A stretch of DNA of 64,000 nt from Longimicrobiales bacterium (GCA_965219445.1 CBDCNQ010000004.1:416001-480000); one strand, 5' to 3'. Positions 19,174 through 31,065 are shown, counted from the stretch's first letter. The notes: generated by a model from the sequence alone, not told the origin. Made by a program: numbers and translations.

Positions 19174-19830
19174 ATGAAGATCTTTCTCGATACAGCAGAT
19201 ATTGCAGAGATCCGCCGCGCCGCCGAGGCCGGCCTGATCGATGGCGTGACCACCAATCCGTCGCTCATGGCGAAGGTGGGGGCCGAGCGCGAGCCGGCGG
19301 AGCTGTTCCTCGACATTTGCGAGGCTGTGGACGGACCCGTCAGCGCTGAGGTCGTGGCGCTGGACGCCGAGGGCATGATCGAGCAGGGCCGGCGCCTCGC
19401 GAAGATTCACGACAACATCGTGATCAAGACCCCGCTCACCGAGGCCGGACTTCGCGCCTGCCGCACTCTGACGTGCGACGGCATTCGCGTGAACGTAACG
19501 CTCTGTTTTTCACCCACCCAGGCTCACCTCGCCGCGAAGGCGGGAGCCACGTACATCTCCCCTTTCATCGGGCGGATCGACGATGTCGCGGGGGACGGAA
19601 TGGAATTGGTCAGCCAGATCCGCCAGATTTACGACAATTACGATATCGAGACGGAAATCTTGGCAGCCTCGATCCGACACCCTCAACACATGGTTCAGGC
19701 CCTCTTGATTGGAGCCGACTGCGGCACGTTGCCCCCGAAAGTGCTGTATCAGTTGTTGGAGCATCCGTTGACCGACAAGGGCCTCGACAGCTTCCTGGCG
19801 GACTGGAAATCCCTCGGGAGGGACCTCTAG
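19174..19830 (+). CDS. fsa: Transaldolase / fructose-6-phosphate aldolase (short type)
   Basis: IFLDTA, GVTTNPSL, IVIKTP (Schiff-base Lys), NVTLCFS, YISPFIGRIDD. Confidence 0.92.
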   Translation: MKIFLDTADIAEIRRAAEAGLIDGVTTNPSLMAKVGAEREPAELFLDICEAVDGPVSAEVVALDAEGMIEQGRRLAKIHDNIVIKTPLTEAGLRACRTLTCDGIRVNVTLCFSPTQAHLAAKAGATYISPFIGRIDDVAGDGMELVSQIRQIYDNYDIETEILAASIRHPQHMVQALLIGADCGTLPPKVLYQLLEHPLTDKGLDSFLADWKSLGRDL

Positions 19831-19848
19831 CGCCGCAATGGCGAATCC

Positions 19849-21315
19849 ATGGCGGACCCGATGATGAGTCCCCGTAAATTCAGGCCGATGTTGCTTTGGA
19901 CGGCAAGCGTGGCAGTCCCTCTAGGGGCCTGCGACGGAGGCGAAGGCACTCTCGACTCGGCGCGTGCCATCGAGACGATAGCGTCCCCGGCCCTTCCCCA
20001 GGTGACAGCGACCGAGCCGCGCCAGCACCGATCGGACGAAATCTCCGGTTCTAGAAGCACGGCCATCGTCGAAGCGGCCGCCCGGGTGGCGCCGGCCGTC
20101 GTGAGCGTCAACGTGATTCGCACCGAGCAGGTACAGACGAGATCCTTCTTCGACCCCTTCCCACTACCTCGCACCCGGCACAGTCGCGGCTTGGGATCCG
20201 GATTCGTTGTCAGTGACGACGGGGTGATCCTCACGAACGATCACGTGGTTCGTGACAGCGAGCGCATCATGGTCACGCTCCCCGACGGCCGGGACTTCGA
20301 GGCAGAGTTGCTAGGGGCGGACCAACTCACGGACGTGGCGGTGCTCAGAATCCGAGGAGACAACTTGCCGGTGGCGCCCGTCGGCACCTCGGAGGGACTG
20401 CTCATTGGCGAATGGTCGTTGGCGATCGGCAACCCGTTCGGCAATCTGTTCTCCAATTCGGAACCCTCAGTGACCGCGGGCGTGATCAGTGGAACCGGGC
20501 GCCATATCATCCCAGATGATGAGGACCGGGTGGTCTACCTGGGGATGATCCAAACCGACGCCTCCATCAACCCCGGCAACTCGGGTGGGCCCTTGGTGAA
20601 CTCCGTTGGGGAGGTCATTGGCGTCAACAGTTCTATCTTTTCCCGTAGTGGGGGGAGCGAAGGGCTTGGTTTCGCGATTCCGATCGACCGGGCTATCCGC
20701 GTGGCGAACGAGCTCATCACCTCGGGGGAGGTAAAGCGGGCGTGGCTCGGTTTCGAGGTGGACCCGGATGAAGAAGACATCTGGGGGAGGACGCATGGTG
20801 TTGCAGTATCGAGCGTGTCCCCGTCTTCACCAGCCGCACGCGCACAGATCTCGCGAGGCGATCGTGTGGTCACCGCCAATGGACGGGCGCTGCGGACGCT
20901 GCTGGACTTCGAGTCTCTGATGCTTGACCTAGAGGAGGGCGAGTCCATCGCGCTGGGAATCGAAGGACGGCAGGGGCCAGTTACGCTCGTGTCGGAGGCA
21001 CTTCCGTCCATCTCGGCCGACCGGGTCACCGCCCTCGAGCAGATGGACCTGATCACCGTAACCCCGGGCATCCGCGCCGAACGGGACCTCAGCTATGAGA
21101 CGGGCGCCCTCATCGTGGACATCGAGCGGGACCTGGAGAGCCGTATCGGCCTCCGGGCGGGAGACGTGATCCTTCAGATCAACCGCCGGCGTATCGAATC
21201 GGCGGAACAGGCCGCTGAGGTCCTCCGCCGAGCCTCCGGGAGCGTCGCCGTCTATATCGAACGAAACGGCGAGGTGATTGTGCGGCGCCTCCTATTCAGG
21301 GGTCCCGGTGGCTGA
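19849..21315 (+). CDS. HtrA/DegP-like serine protease with PDZ domains, probable lipoprotein
   Basis: GLGSGF, TNDHVV, DVAVL, QTDASINPGNSGGPL; two PDZ-like regions; LGAC lipobox-like motif. Confidence 0.92.
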   Translation: MADPMMSPRKFRPMLLWTASVAVPLGACDGGEGTLDSARAIETIASPALPQVTATEPRQHRSDEISGSRSTAIVEAAARVAPAVVSVNVIRTEQVQTRSFFDPFPLPRTRHSRGLGSGFVVSDDGVILTNDHVVRDSERIMVTLPDGRDFEAELLGADQLTDVAVLRIRGDNLPVAPVGTSEGLLIGEWSLAIGNPFGNLFSNSEPSVTAGVISGTGRHIIPDDEDRVVYLGMIQTDASINPGNSGGPLVNSVGEVIGVNSSIFSRSGGSEGLGFAIPIDRAIRVANELITSGEVKRAWLGFEVDPDEEDIWGRTHGVAVSSVSPSSPAARAQISRGDRVVTANGRALRTLLDFESLMLDLEEGESIALGIEGRQGPVTLVSEALPSISADRVTALEQMDLITVTPGIRAERDLSYETGALIVDIERDLESRIGLRAGDVILQINRRRIESAEQAAEVLRRASGSVAVYIERNGEVIVRRLLFRGPGG

Positions 21316-22759
21316 GAACGGAATCGACCGTTACAGCCATCCCCTAGGGGAGCGATACGCGTCCGTAGAGATGCAGGCCATCTTCTCACCGGCGAATCGC
21401 TACGGAACGTGGAGGCGTTTGTGGTTGGCCCTCGCGGCAGCGCAACACGAGCTGGGACTACCGATTCCGCAACAGGCACTCGACGAAATGCGGAGCGGAC
21501 TCGACCAAATCGACTTCACAAAAGCAGCAGAGTATGAGAAGCGGTTTCGCCATGACGTGATGGCCCACGTACACCTCTTCGGAGAGGTGGCCCCCGCCGC
21601 CAGCGCCATCATCCATCTTGGCGCCACAAGCGCGTTCATCGGGGACAACGCGGATCTGATCCTCCACCGGGAAGCTCTCACCCTGATTCGGGACCGACTG
21701 GTCCGATGTATCGCGCGCCTGGCCGAATTCGCCGCCGAACATCGTGATCTCGCCACGCTCGGATTCACGCACTTTCAGCCCGCGCAGCCCACGACGGTCG
21801 GGAAGCGGGCCACCCTGTGGCTTCAGGACGTCCTTCTCGACCTCGAGGAACTCGAGTTTCGCCTGAAGACACTACGTTTCAGGGGTGTACAGGGCGCGAC
21901 CGGGACGCAGGCCTCGTTCCTCGACCTGTTCGAGGGGGATCACGAAAAGGTGGATGCGCTAAACGAGGCGGTGGCGAAGCGCATGGGTTTCGGAGACGGA
22001 TACGGCGTTACAGGCCAAACGTACACGAGAAAAGTGGACGCCCAGATTCTCGGGACACTCGCGAACGTGGCCTCTTCTGCGTCCAAGATGGGCCATGACC
22101 TGCGACTTCTTGCCCACCTGAGAGAAGTCGAGGAGCCGTTCGAAGAGGAGCAGATCGGCTCCTCGGCCATGCCCTACAAGAGGAACCCGATGCGAGCCGA
22201 GCGCATCTGCGGTATGGCACGCCACGTGATCGTTCTGGCCCAGGACCCTCTTTTTACGACCGCCACCCAGTGGCTCGAGCGCACACTGGATGATTCGGCC
22301 AACCGGAGGCTGTCGATCCCGGACTCCTTCCTTACGCTTGATGGGATTCTGCTCTTGGTGGAAAACGTGTCCTCCGGGCTCGTCGTGCACCCTCAGGTGA
22401 TCCGGAAGAACTTGGAGGAGCACCTTCCGTTCATGGCTTCGGAGACGATCCTCATGAGGGCGTCGGCCTCAGGAGGGGACCGCCAGGAGCTTCACGAGCG
22501 GATCAGGCAGCATTCACTGGCCGCTGCAGACCGAATGAAAAACGAGGGTACCGCGGCCGACCTGTTGGAGCGGATCGCAGACGATGACACCTTCGATATG
22601 AACCTGGACCAATTGCGAGAAATCTCCGACCCAGCGCGATTCGTCGGTCGGGCTCCCGAGCAAGTGGACCGCTTCCTCGCCGAGTGGGTACAGCCGGCCT
22701 TGGTACGCCTCGAAACAGATGCCAACGAGCGCCTTGGAGAACCCGATGTCCGAGTCTGA
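21308..22759 (+). CDS. purB: Adenylosuccinate lyase
   Basis: RHDVMAH, IHLGATS, GFTHFQPAQ, GSSAMPYKRNP, WLERTLDDSA. Confidence 0.95.
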   Translation: MAENGIDRYSHPLGERYASVEMQAIFSPANRYGTWRRLWLALAAAQHELGLPIPQQALDEMRSGLDQIDFTKAAEYEKRFRHDVMAHVHLFGEVAPAASAIIHLGATSAFIGDNADLILHREALTLIRDRLVRCIARLAEFAAEHRDLATLGFTHFQPAQPTTVGKRATLWLQDVLLDLEELEFRLKTLRFRGVQGATGTQASFLDLFEGDHEKVDALNEAVAKRMGFGDGYGVTGQTYTRKVDAQILGTLANVASSASKMGHDLRLLAHLREVEEPFEEEQIGSSAMPYKRNPMRAERICGMARHVIVLAQDPLFTTATQWLERTLDDSANRRLSIPDSFLTLDGILLLVENVSSGLVVHPQVIRKNLEEHLPFMASETILMRASASGGDRQELHERIRQHSLAAADRMKNEGTAADLLERIADDDTFDMNLDQLREISDPARFVGRAPEQVDRFLAEWVQPALVRLETDANERLGEPDVRV

Positions 22760-23687
22760 CACAATCGGCGTGCTGGAGCCGCAGGTACCCCTACCGCTCC
22801 TCCACCGGGGGAAAGTGCGCGACGTTTTCGACGTCGGGGACGGCCGTCTCTTGATGGTCGCGAGCGATCGGGTGAGCGCTTTCGATGTGATCCTGCCCCA
22901 GCCGATCCCCCGCAAGGGTGAGGTCCTCACGCAGATCACCGCGTGGTGGCTGGATTCCCTGCGCGGTGTGATTGACCATCATCTCATGAGCAGCGATCCG
23001 GACGAGATCGCCGATCAGGTACCGGCCCTTCGGGAATCGAGGGAGGCTTGGGCACGCCGAAGCATGCTGGTTCACCGCACCGAGCCTGTCCTCGTAGAGT
23101 GTGTGGTCCGAGGGTACGTGTCGGGTTCGGCTTGGAAGGAATACCGAACGTCAGGAACGCTCGCGGGGGAACCCCTTCCGGAGGGCTTGGTCGAGAGTCA
23201 GAAGCTACCCACTCCGATTTTCTCGCCGGCGACCAAGGCACATACGGGCCACGACGAGAATATTCCTTTTTCCGGGGTTGTGGAGCGCGTAGGCGACTCA
23301 GAAGCCAACCGTCTGCGGGACCTCTCCTTCACGATATACGAGCACGGAGCGACGATCGCGCAGGAGCACGGGATCATTCTGGCTGACACCAAGTTCGAGT
23401 TCGGGCACCACGCGGACGGCCGCCTTCTGCTGATCGATGAGGTCCTCACGCCGGACTCCTCCCGGTTCTGGCCAGCGGACCTGTACCAGGCCGGCCAGGG
23501 CCAACCCTCCTTGGATAAACAGCCGGTTCGGGATTTTCTGGACGGGTTGGCCGACTGGGACAAGTCCCCGCCGCCTCCGGATCTACCCGATCATGTCGTG
23601 CACGAAACGACAGGCCGGTATCTGGAGATCTTCCGGCGCCTGACAGGAACGGAACTCGATGATTTTCGCCCCCCCCACTTCGGGTAA
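22746..23687 (+). CDS. purC: SAICAR synthase
   Basis: GKVRDVF, SDRVSAFD, ECVVRGY, ADTKFEFG, DEVLTPDSSRFW, DKQ.VRD. Confidence 0.96.
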   Translation: MSESDTIGVLEPQVPLPLLHRGKVRDVFDVGDGRLLMVASDRVSAFDVILPQPIPRKGEVLTQITAWWLDSLRGVIDHHLMSSDPDEIADQVPALRESREAWARRSMLVHRTEPVLVECVVRGYVSGSAWKEYRTSGTLAGEPLPEGLVESQKLPTPIFSPATKAHTGHDENIPFSGVVERVGDSEANRLRDLSFTIYEHGATIAQEHGIILADTKFEFGHHADGRLLLIDEVLTPDSSRFWPADLYQAGQGQPSLDKQPVRDFLDGLADWDKSPPPPDLPDHVVHETTGRYLEIFRRLTGTELDDFRPPHFG

Positions 23688-23694
23688 CGGCCTA

Positions 23695-24357
23695 ATGCGC
23701 TTCGCCCGGGAGGGATATCCGTTCATGGTCGGCGCCGTTTTCCTGGCCGTGCTAACGTGGGTCGCAGTGGCCGTTGCGGGACGCTGGACGATCGTGCCCG
23801 CGAGTCTGCTGACCCTCCTGGCCGCCTTCGTGTTCTACTTCTTCCGAGACCCCGATCGGTCCCTCCCTTCCGATAAGGACTCGGTCATCTCTCCCGGCGA
23901 CGGAAAGATCATCGAGATTCGTGAGGTGGACGAACCCTACTTCGTGAAGGGGATGTGCCGACGCATCACGATTTTCCTGAGCGTCTTCAACGTCCACGTG
24001 CAGCGGGCGCCGGTTTCGGGGGACGTGGCGCACCGCGAATATCGCCCCGGTGAATACGCCGTAGCTTGGCATCCAAAAGCCAGCGAAAAGAACGAACAGT
24101 CCTCCCTGGGTCTGATCGCGCGCGGCCATCGGGTGCTCGTCCGCCAGATCGCCGGACTCGTCGCCCGCCGGATCGTCACGTACCCCGAACAGGGCGAACA
24201 CGTGGAGCGTGGGGAGCGCATCGGTCTCATTCGATTCGGATCGAGGGTGGACCTCTTCATTCCGCTCGCCTGGAATCTCGACTGCGCTGTGGGAGACAGA
24301 GTGGCCGGTGGATCAACCGTTTTGGCATGGATTGACGGCCGGGAGGAGGCAACGTGA
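23695..24357 (+). CDS. psd: Phosphatidylserine decarboxylase proenzyme
   Basis: FFRDPDR, SPGDGK, IFLSVFNVHVQRAP, QIAGLVARRI, RFGSRVD cleavage motif. Confidence 0.92.
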   Translation: MRFAREGYPFMVGAVFLAVLTWVAVAVAGRWTIVPASLLTLLAAFVFYFFRDPDRSLPSDKDSVISPGDGKIIEIREVDEPYFVKGMCRRITIFLSVFNVHVQRAPVSGDVAHREYRPGEYAVAWHPKASEKNEQSSLGLIARGHRVLVRQIAGLVARRIVTYPEQGEHVERGERIGLIRFGSRVDLFIPLAWNLDCAVGDRVAGGSTVLAWIDGREEAT

Positions 24358-25235
24358 TCGATCGCATGCGGCCCGCCAGGCGGCTCCGGAGGGGCATCAT
24401 CATTCTGCCCTCGGCCTTCACCCTGGCGAACCTGTTCTTCGGATTCTATGCGATCGTGGCCGCCACCCGGGGGGACTTCGAGTGGGCCGGGTGGTTCATC
24501 GTGTGGGCTGCCGTCACGGATCTGCTTGACGGCCGCATCGCCCGCTTCACCCGGACGGGATCAGCTTTCGGCGGGGAGTTGGACTCGCTCGTCGACGCGA
24601 TCTCCTTCGGAGTCGCGCCCGCATTCATCATGTACACCCTGTACTTTTCCGACGGGGCCTGGAGTTGGGTGCTCCCGCTGGCCTACGTGATGGCCGTGGT
24701 GGTCCGGCTGGCCCGCTTCAACGTCGAGCAAGAAGGAGAGGCCAAACGGCGCTTCCACGGACTTCCTTCGCCGACGCCGGGGATGATCCTCGCGACGTTC
24801 TACCCATTCAGCCAGACGGCCTTTTTCGCGACGTATCTGGCGACCATGCCCTGGCCCCGCATCATGGGCATCATGTTGATTGTTCTGGGGGCCTTGATGC
24901 TCAGCCACGTTCCTTATGCGATGATGCCGAGGCTGAGTTTCAAAACTCCGAAGGGCATCCTGGTTTCGCTTTGGCTTTTCGGGAACCTCCTCGCGGCCAT
25001 CATGGTCCCCGCTTACTACTTCTTCCCCATGCTTCTGGGCTATACCGCATGGGGCCTGTTCGGGTCGGTGATCCACGGCCTGTTGGAACGTCTACCGGAT
25101 CGTGATCCGCTGGAGGACAGCTTCGACGACGGAGGCGCGGAGGTGCGCTCCGTCGATTACGGAAACTTGGGGCCCGAGGAATTTCGCCGCCCTGTAACGC
25201 CCCATCACCCTGACGATATGGAGAGCGGAACGTGA
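24354..25235 (+). CDS. pssA: CDP-diacylglycerol--serine O-phosphatidyltransferase
   Basis: DLLDGRIAR..G.ELDSLVD CDP-alcohol phosphotransferase motif; RLARFN; GLPSP. Confidence 0.92.
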   Translation: MIDRMRPARRLRRGIIILPSAFTLANLFFGFYAIVAATRGDFEWAGWFIVWAAVTDLLDGRIARFTRTGSAFGGELDSLVDAISFGVAPAFIMYTLYFSDGAWSWVLPLAYVMAVVVRLARFNVEQEGEAKRRFHGLPSPTPGMILATFYPFSQTAFFATYLATMPWPRIMGIMLIVLGALMLSHVPYAMMPRLSFKTPKGILVSLWLFGNLLAAIMVPAYYFFPMLLGYTAWGLFGSVIHGLLERLPDRDPLEDSFDDGGAEVRSVDYGNLGPEEFRRPVTPHHPDDMESGT

Positions 25236-25507
25236 GTCGTTTTCGCGTTGAGATCCGAGTGATACCGCGACCGGGCCTGCTAGACCCGGAGGGAAAGGCC
25301 ATCCAAAGCGCCCTCCACTCTTTGGACTACGAGCAAGTCCATGAAGTTAGGGTGGGCAAGCTCCTCTACCTGGACGTGGAGGCCGCGTCCACCGAGGAAG
25401 CCCGGAACGGTGCGGAAGCAATGTGCCGTCGCTTGCTGGCCAACCCGGTCACGGAGGACTTCGAGATCGAAGTCCAGGAGGCCACAGAGGAGACGGTTCC
25501 CGCATGA
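25232..25507 (+). CDS. purS: FGAM synthase subunit PurS
   Basis: LDPEGKAI, VRVGK, LLANPVTEDF. Confidence 0.95.
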   Translation: MSRFRVEIRVIPRPGLLDPEGKAIQSALHSLDYEQVHEVRVGKLLYLDVEAASTEEARNGAEAMCRRLLANPVTEDFEIEVQEATEETVPA

Positions 25508-26205
25508 AGGTCGCCATCGTCACCTTCCCCGGGTCCAACTGCGACTACGACCTCTACAAGTGCATTCAGCTCGTAGGAGGGGAGCCCGAGTTCCGCTGGC
25601 ATCGGGACGTCGAGCTGGGTGACGTCGATGTGGTCATGCTTCCCGGTGGCTTCTCCTACGGGGACTACCTCAGAGCCGGTGCGATCGCCACCATGAGCCC
25701 TATCATGGACGCGGTGAAGGATTTCGCGAAGTCCGGTGGTCCGGTTCTGGGCATCTGTAACGGATTTCAGACGCTCTGTGAGTCCGGGCTGCTGCCCGGA
25801 GCCCTGCTACGAAACCGCTCTCTTCTCTTCGCGAGCCGCGATGTCCTGCTCCGGGTCGAAAATACGTCGTCGATCTTCACGCAGGAGTACGAAGCGGGCC
25901 AGATCCTCCGAATGCCGATCGCCCACGCCGAGGGTAATTATCACGCGGATGATGAGACACTCGAGCGCCTTGAGGGCGAGGGGCGGGTCCTATTCCGCTA
26001 TACCGATGCTGAAGGTGAGGCCGTGGACAGTGCGAACCCGAACGGCTCGGCCCGCTCGATCGCGGGCATCCTCAACGAGGCAGGTAACGTCATGGGTATG
26101 ATGCCGCACCCCGAACGAGCGGTGGAGCCCATCCTCGGGTCCGTGGACGGACTCGGCCTCTTTAAAGCACTCCTGTCGCACTTTTCCCCCGTCGGGACGC
26201 TGTGA
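25504..26205 (+). CDS. purQ: FGAM synthase glutaminase subunit PurQ
   Basis: FPGSNCD, PGGFSYGDYLRAG, GICNGFQ, GMMPHPER. Confidence 0.97.
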   Translation: MKVAIVTFPGSNCDYDLYKCIQLVGGEPEFRWHRDVELGDVDVVMLPGGFSYGDYLRAGAIATMSPIMDAVKDFAKSGGPVLGICNGFQTLCESGLLPGALLRNRSLLFASRDVLLRVENTSSIFTQEYEAGQILRMPIAHAEGNYHADDETLERLEGEGRVLFRYTDAEGEAVDSANPNGSARSIAGILNEAGNVMGMMPHPERAVEPILGSVDGLGLFKALLSHFSPVGTL

Positions 26206-26208
26206 CCA

Positions 26209-26237
26209 GGCTCCCCCCACGCTTCAAACGGCCTTCA
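26209..26237 (-). repeat. Degenerate end of the AGGCTGTTGAAG repeat family
   Basis: Minus strand tgaaggccgtttgaagcgtggggggagcc aligns with tagaggcctgttgaagaagtggggcgagcc at 7655. Confidence 0.5.
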
Positions 26238-26286
26238 CGCATGGATTCATCGAATCGTGAACCATAGACCAGACAGTACCGGAGCT

Positions 26287-28557
26287 ATGACCGCATCGAG
26301 CGCGGCGCCTAGAGAGGGTGACCCCCGCATCACCCCGGAGTTGATAGAGGATCACGGCCTGTCGGCGTCCGAGTACGAGCGTGTTCTCGAGATCCTCGGG
26401 AGGGAGCCCACATTCACGGAACTCGGCGTATTCAGCGCAATGTGGTCGGAGCACTGCGGCTACAAGAACTCCAAGCGCCTCCTCAGCCTACTGCCTACGA
26501 CGGCGCCCTGGGTGATCCAGGGACCCGGCGAGAACGCGGGCGTCATCGATATCGGAGACGGCTTGGCTTTGGCGTTCAAAATCGAATCACACAACCACCC
26601 GTCTGCCGTCGAACCCTACCAGGGTGCGGCAACCGGCGTGGGCGGCATCCTCCGTGATGTCTTCACGATGGGTGCCAGGCCGATCGCTGTACTGGACTCG
26701 CTTCGCTTCGGCGATCTCGACAACGGACGGGTTCGGTACCTCTTCTCCGGCGTCGTGAAGGGGATCGGCGACTACGGAAACTGTGTAGGCATCCCGAACA
26801 TCGGCGGGGAGGTCTTCTTCGACCGTGGCTACGCGGGAAATCCGATCGTGAACGCGATGTGCCTCGGACTCATGAAGACCGAGGATCTCATCAAGGGTGA
26901 GGCGAAAGGGGTGGGAAACCCGCTCATGGCCGTGGGTGCCCGTACCGGGCGAGACGGAATCCACGGGGCCACCTTCGCCTCCGAGGAACTCAGCGACGAT
27001 TCGGAAGCCAGTCGGCCGCAGGTCCAGGTGGGTGATCCCTTTACGGAAAAGCTCCTCTTGGAGGCCAGTCTCGAGCTCATCCAGAGCGGGCATATCACGG
27101 GAATCCAGGACATGGGAGCGGCCGGAATCACGTCGAGCGCATCCGAGATGGCGGGCCGATCCGGCAACGGTGTGGAGATCGATATGGCGCTCGTCCCCGT
27201 CCGGGAACCCGGAATGACCCCCTACGAAATCCTCCTGTCGGAATCGCAGGAGCGCATGCTCGTCGTCGCGAAGTCCGGCAGTGAAGGCGTGGTGCGCGAC
27301 ATTCTCACCAAGTGGGAACTCGAGGCAGAGGAGATCGGGCGGGTCACGGATGACGGCCTGTTCCGGGTCCGCGAGGGCAGCCGTGTGGTCGCGGAGATCC
27401 CCTCCCTGCCCCTGACCGAGGGCTGCCCCACGTATGAGCGGGAGGGCATCGAGTCCGAAGAAATCAGTGAGCTTCGAGGTGCGGACCTGACACGCTTCAA
27501 CGACGCGGACGCCGATCAGTCGGAGGCATTCCTGAGGCTGATGGCGTCACCGAACATCGCGTCCAAGCGCTGGGTCTTTGGCCAATACGATACCACGGTG
27601 CGAACCGGCACAGCAGTGCGGCCAGGCGGGGACGCCGGGGTCGTGCGCCTTCGCGGTACACGCCGGGCGATAGCGGCGACCACCGACTGCAACGGCCGAT
27701 ACGTCTACCTGAACCCACGAACGGGAACGATGGCAGCCGTCGCCGAGGCGGCGAGGAACCTCGTCTGTGTGGGCGCACTCCCAACTGCCGTGACGAACAA
27801 TCTGAACTTCGGAAATCCCCTCAAGCCCCACATCTACTACCAGTTCCGCGAGTCCGTGCTGGGCATGGCCGAGGCCTGTAAGCTGTTCGAGACCCCGGTC
27901 ACCGGCGGAAACGTGTCGTTCTACAACGAGACGGACGGGGTCGCGATCTACCCAACACCGGTCATCGGCATGGTCGGAATCTTGGAAGACGTGGACCATA
28001 TCACTCGCCACGCCTTCTCGAAGGAAGGCGATACGATCATCTTGCTCGGTGACAATACGGACGAATTGGGGGCCTCGGAGTATCTTTATGTCATGGAGGG
28101 CCTGGTGGCCGGAGAGCCACCCTCGGTCGATCTCCTCGGAGAACGTGGACTCCAGCACGCGGTGTTGTCGATGATCCAAAACGGTCTACTTCACTCTGCC
28201 CACGACGTGTCGGAGGGAGGCCTCGCCTGCGCCTTGGCCGAAAGCGCACTCGGAGATGGAGAAAACCCGCTGGGGGTGCAGGTCACGCTTCACGACGCGC
28301 TCCCGGTCCTTCCCCTCCTTTTCGGTGAGTCTCAAGGCCGGGTCGTGGTTTCGTGTGATCCGCGCTCCGCGGACGAGGTCTTGCGTCACGCCAAGCGTCA
28401 TGGCGTGCACTCCCGGGCAGTGGGTCAGGTTGTCCCTCCCGATCAGGGCTTCAGGATCGACGGGCGAGCGACGTCGCTGGAGGCCGATATCGAAGTCCTC
28501 GCCGGACTGTTCTTCGGCGTAATTCCCGCCTTGATGGATGGAGCTGGAGCCTCGTGA
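26287..28557 (+). CDS. purL: FGAM synthase subunit PurL
   Basis: [52 protein letters not shown]. Confidence 0.97.
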   Translation: MTASSAAPREGDPRITPELIEDHGLSASEYERVLEILGREPTFTELGVFSAMWSEHCGYKNSKRLLSLLPTTAPWVIQGPGENAGVIDIGDGLALAFKIESHNHPSAVEPYQGAATGVGGILRDVFTMGARPIAVLDSLRFGDLDNGRVRYLFSGVVKGIGDYGNCVGIPNIGGEVFFDRGYAGNPIVNAMCLGLMKTEDLIKGEAKGVGNPLMAVGARTGRDGIHGATFASEELSDDSEASRPQVQVGDPFTEKLLLEASLELIQSGHITGIQDMGAAGITSSASEMAGRSGNGVEIDMALVPVREPGMTPYEILLSESQERMLVVAKSGSEGVVRDILTKWELEAEEIGRVTDDGLFRVREGSRVVAEIPSLPLTEGCPTYEREGIESEEISELRGADLTRFNDADADQSEAFLRLMASPNIASKRWVFGQYDTTVRTGTAVRPGGDAGVVRLRGTRRAIAATTDCNGRYVYLNPRTGTMAAVAEAARNLVCVGALPTAVTNNLNFGNPLKPHIYYQFRESVLGMAEACKLFETPVTGGNVSFYNETDGVAIYPTPVIGMVGILEDVDHITRHAFSKEGDTIILLGDNTDELGASEYLYVMEGLVAGEPPSVDLLGERGLQHAVLSMIQNGLLHSAHDVSEGGLACALAESALGDGENPLGVQVTLHDALPVLPLLFGESQGRVVVSCDPRSADEVLRHAKRHGVHSRAVGQVVPPDQGFRIDGRATSLEADIEVLAGLFFGVIPALMDGAGAS

Positions 28558-30032
28558 CCTCGAAGCGTTTGCCCCAGATGCGCTCAGGACCCGTCGATTT
28601 CACGGCGTCCCAGCTCGACGACCGGCCTCACGAGGAGTGCGGCGTCGTCGGTTTCAGTGGCATCGATGACGCTGCGGAATTGGCGTTTCTGGGTCTGTAC
28701 GCCCTTCAACATCGGGGCCAAGAATCCGCCGGAATATGCGCGCTCGCCGACGGTGAGGCACGGCTCCACAAGGGTGTGGGATTGGTTGCTGACGTCTTCA
28801 ACGCGGATGCCCTGCGAGGCCTTCCCGGACGTACGGCGGTAGGGCACGTACGATACTCGACCGCGGGTGGAAGCCAGGCATTGAACGCACAACCGATCGT
28901 CGTACGGTATGGCGGGGGCGATCTGGCGGTGGCCCACAACGGCAACCTCACGAACGCCCACGACCTCAAGACGCAGCTCGTGGGGGAGGGAGCGATCTTC
29001 CAGACCACGTCGGATTCGGAGGTGATCGTTCACCTGATCGCCCGGTCTCGCGAGGCGACCATCGACGGCCAAGTGGCCGACGCTCTCAGTCAGCTGGAGG
29101 GAGCATTCTCACTCGCCATTACGGTGGGTGAGGTGATGTACGCCGTGTGCGACCCACGGGGGTACCGGCCCCTAGTGCTGGGCAGCCTAGAAGAGGGACA
29201 CGTGCTCGCAAGCGAGACATGTGCATTGGACATCCTCGGCGCGAAGTTTGTGCGGAACATCAAACGAGGGGAGGTCCTGAGGATTGAGGGCGCAACGCTC
29301 CGCAACCTCCCTGAGCTCCCTGGAGCCGAGGCGGCCGCCCCATGCATTTTTGAGCTGGTCTACTTCGCTCGGCCGGACTCGCATCTCTGGAACATCTCTG
29401 TGGACGGCGCACGCCGTGGATTCGGACGCCGCCTCGCAGACGAGCATCCGATTGAGGCTGACGCAGTAGTCTCGGTGCCCGACAGCGCCAACTCCGCGGC
29501 GCTCGGATACAGCGAGCAAAGCGGGATCCCCTTCGAGTTGGGTCTCCTCCGAAACCACTACGTCGGGCGTACTTTCATCAAGCCTTCTCAGGCCGATCGA
29601 GACTTCAGCGCCCGCATGAAGTACAACCCGGTGAAGGAGGTGCTCGAGGGTCGCCGTATCATCGTAGTGGACGACTCACTCGTACGCGGAACCACGAGCC
29701 GGAGTCTCGTCAAATTCATCCGGCAAGCCGGGGCTAAAGAAGTCCATTTCCGCATCGCCAGCCCACCGGTGCGTTTCCCATGCTTCTACGGCATCGACAT
29801 GCCGAGCCATGAGGAGCTCATCGGGTCCAGACTTACGCCGTTAGAGATCGGACAGGAACTCGGGGTCGATTCCCTCGGTTACCTATCGCTCGATGGAATG
29901 CTCTCGGTCGTCTCCGACCATGGCTCCTTTTGCGACGCTTGCTTCTCCGGTAGCTATGCCGCACCCCTCGTCGACCTGGACAAGGGCTACCTGCCCGGGA
30001 ACCACCCCATCAAGGTGTTAACGAGGCCGTAA
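28554..30032 (+). CDS. purF: Amidophosphoribosyltransferase (propeptide, Fe-S type)
   Basis: HEECGVVG (Ntn cysteine after propeptide), [49 protein letters not shown]. Confidence 0.97.
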   Translation: MTSKRLPQMRSGPVDFTASQLDDRPHEECGVVGFSGIDDAAELAFLGLYALQHRGQESAGICALADGEARLHKGVGLVADVFNADALRGLPGRTAVGHVRYSTAGGSQALNAQPIVVRYGGGDLAVAHNGNLTNAHDLKTQLVGEGAIFQTTSDSEVIVHLIARSREATIDGQVADALSQLEGAFSLAITVGEVMYAVCDPRGYRPLVLGSLEEGHVLASETCALDILGAKFVRNIKRGEVLRIEGATLRNLPELPGAEAAAPCIFELVYFARPDSHLWNISVDGARRGFGRRLADEHPIEADAVVSVPDSANSAALGYSEQSGIPFELGLLRNHYVGRTFIKPSQADRDFSARMKYNPVKEVLEGRRIIVVDDSLVRGTTSRSLVKFIRQAGAKEVHFRIASPPVRFPCFYGIDMPSHEELIGSRLTPLEIGQELGVDSLGYLSLDGMLSVVSDHGSFCDACFSGSYAAPLVDLDKGYLPGNHPIKVLTRP

Positions 30033-30039
30033 CGGGCCC

Positions 30040-31065
30040 CTAGACGTCCTCGGCCAGGAAGGCCTCCGCCATCTCAACGATCTCGGAGGACCCGATGTAC
30101 AGTGGAGTCCTTTGGTGAATGTCCTCCGGCGTGAGGGTCAATATGGGGGTTTGTCCGTCGGATGCTCGCCCACCGGCTCGCTCACAGATCATGGCCATGG
30201 GCGCGGCCTCATAGAGGAGCCGGAGCTTCCCATGGGGATTCTTCGAGTCCGCCGGATACATGAAGATCCCACCCTTGAGAAGAGTGCGGTGAAAATCCGC
30301 CACCAAAGAGCCGATGTACCGTGAGCTGTAGGAGACCGGCGAGTCACTATCGAGCCCCTTCAAGCGTTGCATGAGCCTCTGCTGTCCCCGGGACCATCGA
30401 GGATAATACGCCTCGTTGATCGAGTATGTCCGGCTCGGCGGGTCGGGCATGACAAGACTCGGGTGGCTCAGCAAGAACTCACCAATCGACGGGTCGAGCG
30501 TAAACCCATGCACCCCCCGGCCACTGGTGTACACGAGCATGGTCGACGATCCGTAGAGCACATATCCCGCCCCGACCTGCCTGCACCCGGCCTGAAGGCA
30601 GTCTTCGAGGGTTCCGTCCTCGTCGTCGGTGATCTTCTGGTGAATCGAAAAGATCGTGCCGATCGAAACGTTTACGTCGATGTTCGAGGAGCCATCCAGA
30701 GGATCGAAGATCAAGACATATTGCCCCTTCGGAAACTGATCCGGAATGGGAATGATGTCCTCGGATTCCTCGGAAACCATGCAACAGAGTGCTCCCGTAT
30801 GATCCAAAGCCCGGTAGATCACGTCCTCCGCATAGAGATCGAGTTTCTGGACACTTTCCCCCTGGACGTTCGTGTCTCCGGTGCCTCCGAGCACGTCGAC
30901 GATGCCCGCCTTATTCACCTCCCGGGAGATGATTTTCGCGGCGAGAGTGAGCGAGTAGAGAATATTGCTGAAGGCGCCGGTCGCCTCGGGGCGGGTCCGT
31001 TCCTCTTCGACGATATGCCTCTCTAGCGTTACAACACTGCGGTTCGTCATGGCCTCATGGGACAT
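30040..31065 (-). CDS. fbp: Fructose-1,6-bisphosphatase class 1
   Basis: [43 protein letters not shown]; start at ATG 31065 or 31050. Confidence 0.96.
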   Translation of the reverse strand: MSHEAMTNRSVVTLERHIVEEERTRPEATGAFSNILYSLTLAAKIISREVNKAGIVDVLGGTGDTNVQGESVQKLDLYAEDVIYRALDHTGALCCMVSEESEDIIPIPDQFPKGQYVLIFDPLDGSSNIDVNVSIGTIFSIHQKITDDEDGTLEDCLQAGCRQVGAGYVLYGSSTMLVYTSGRGVHGFTLDPSIGEFLLSHPSLVMPDPPSRTYSINEAYYPRWSRGQQRLMQRLKGLDSDSPVSYSSRYIGSLVADFHRTLLKGGIFMYPADSKNPHGKLRLLYEAAPMAMICERAGGRASDGQTPILTLTPEDIHQRTPLYIGSSEIVEMAEAFLAEDV

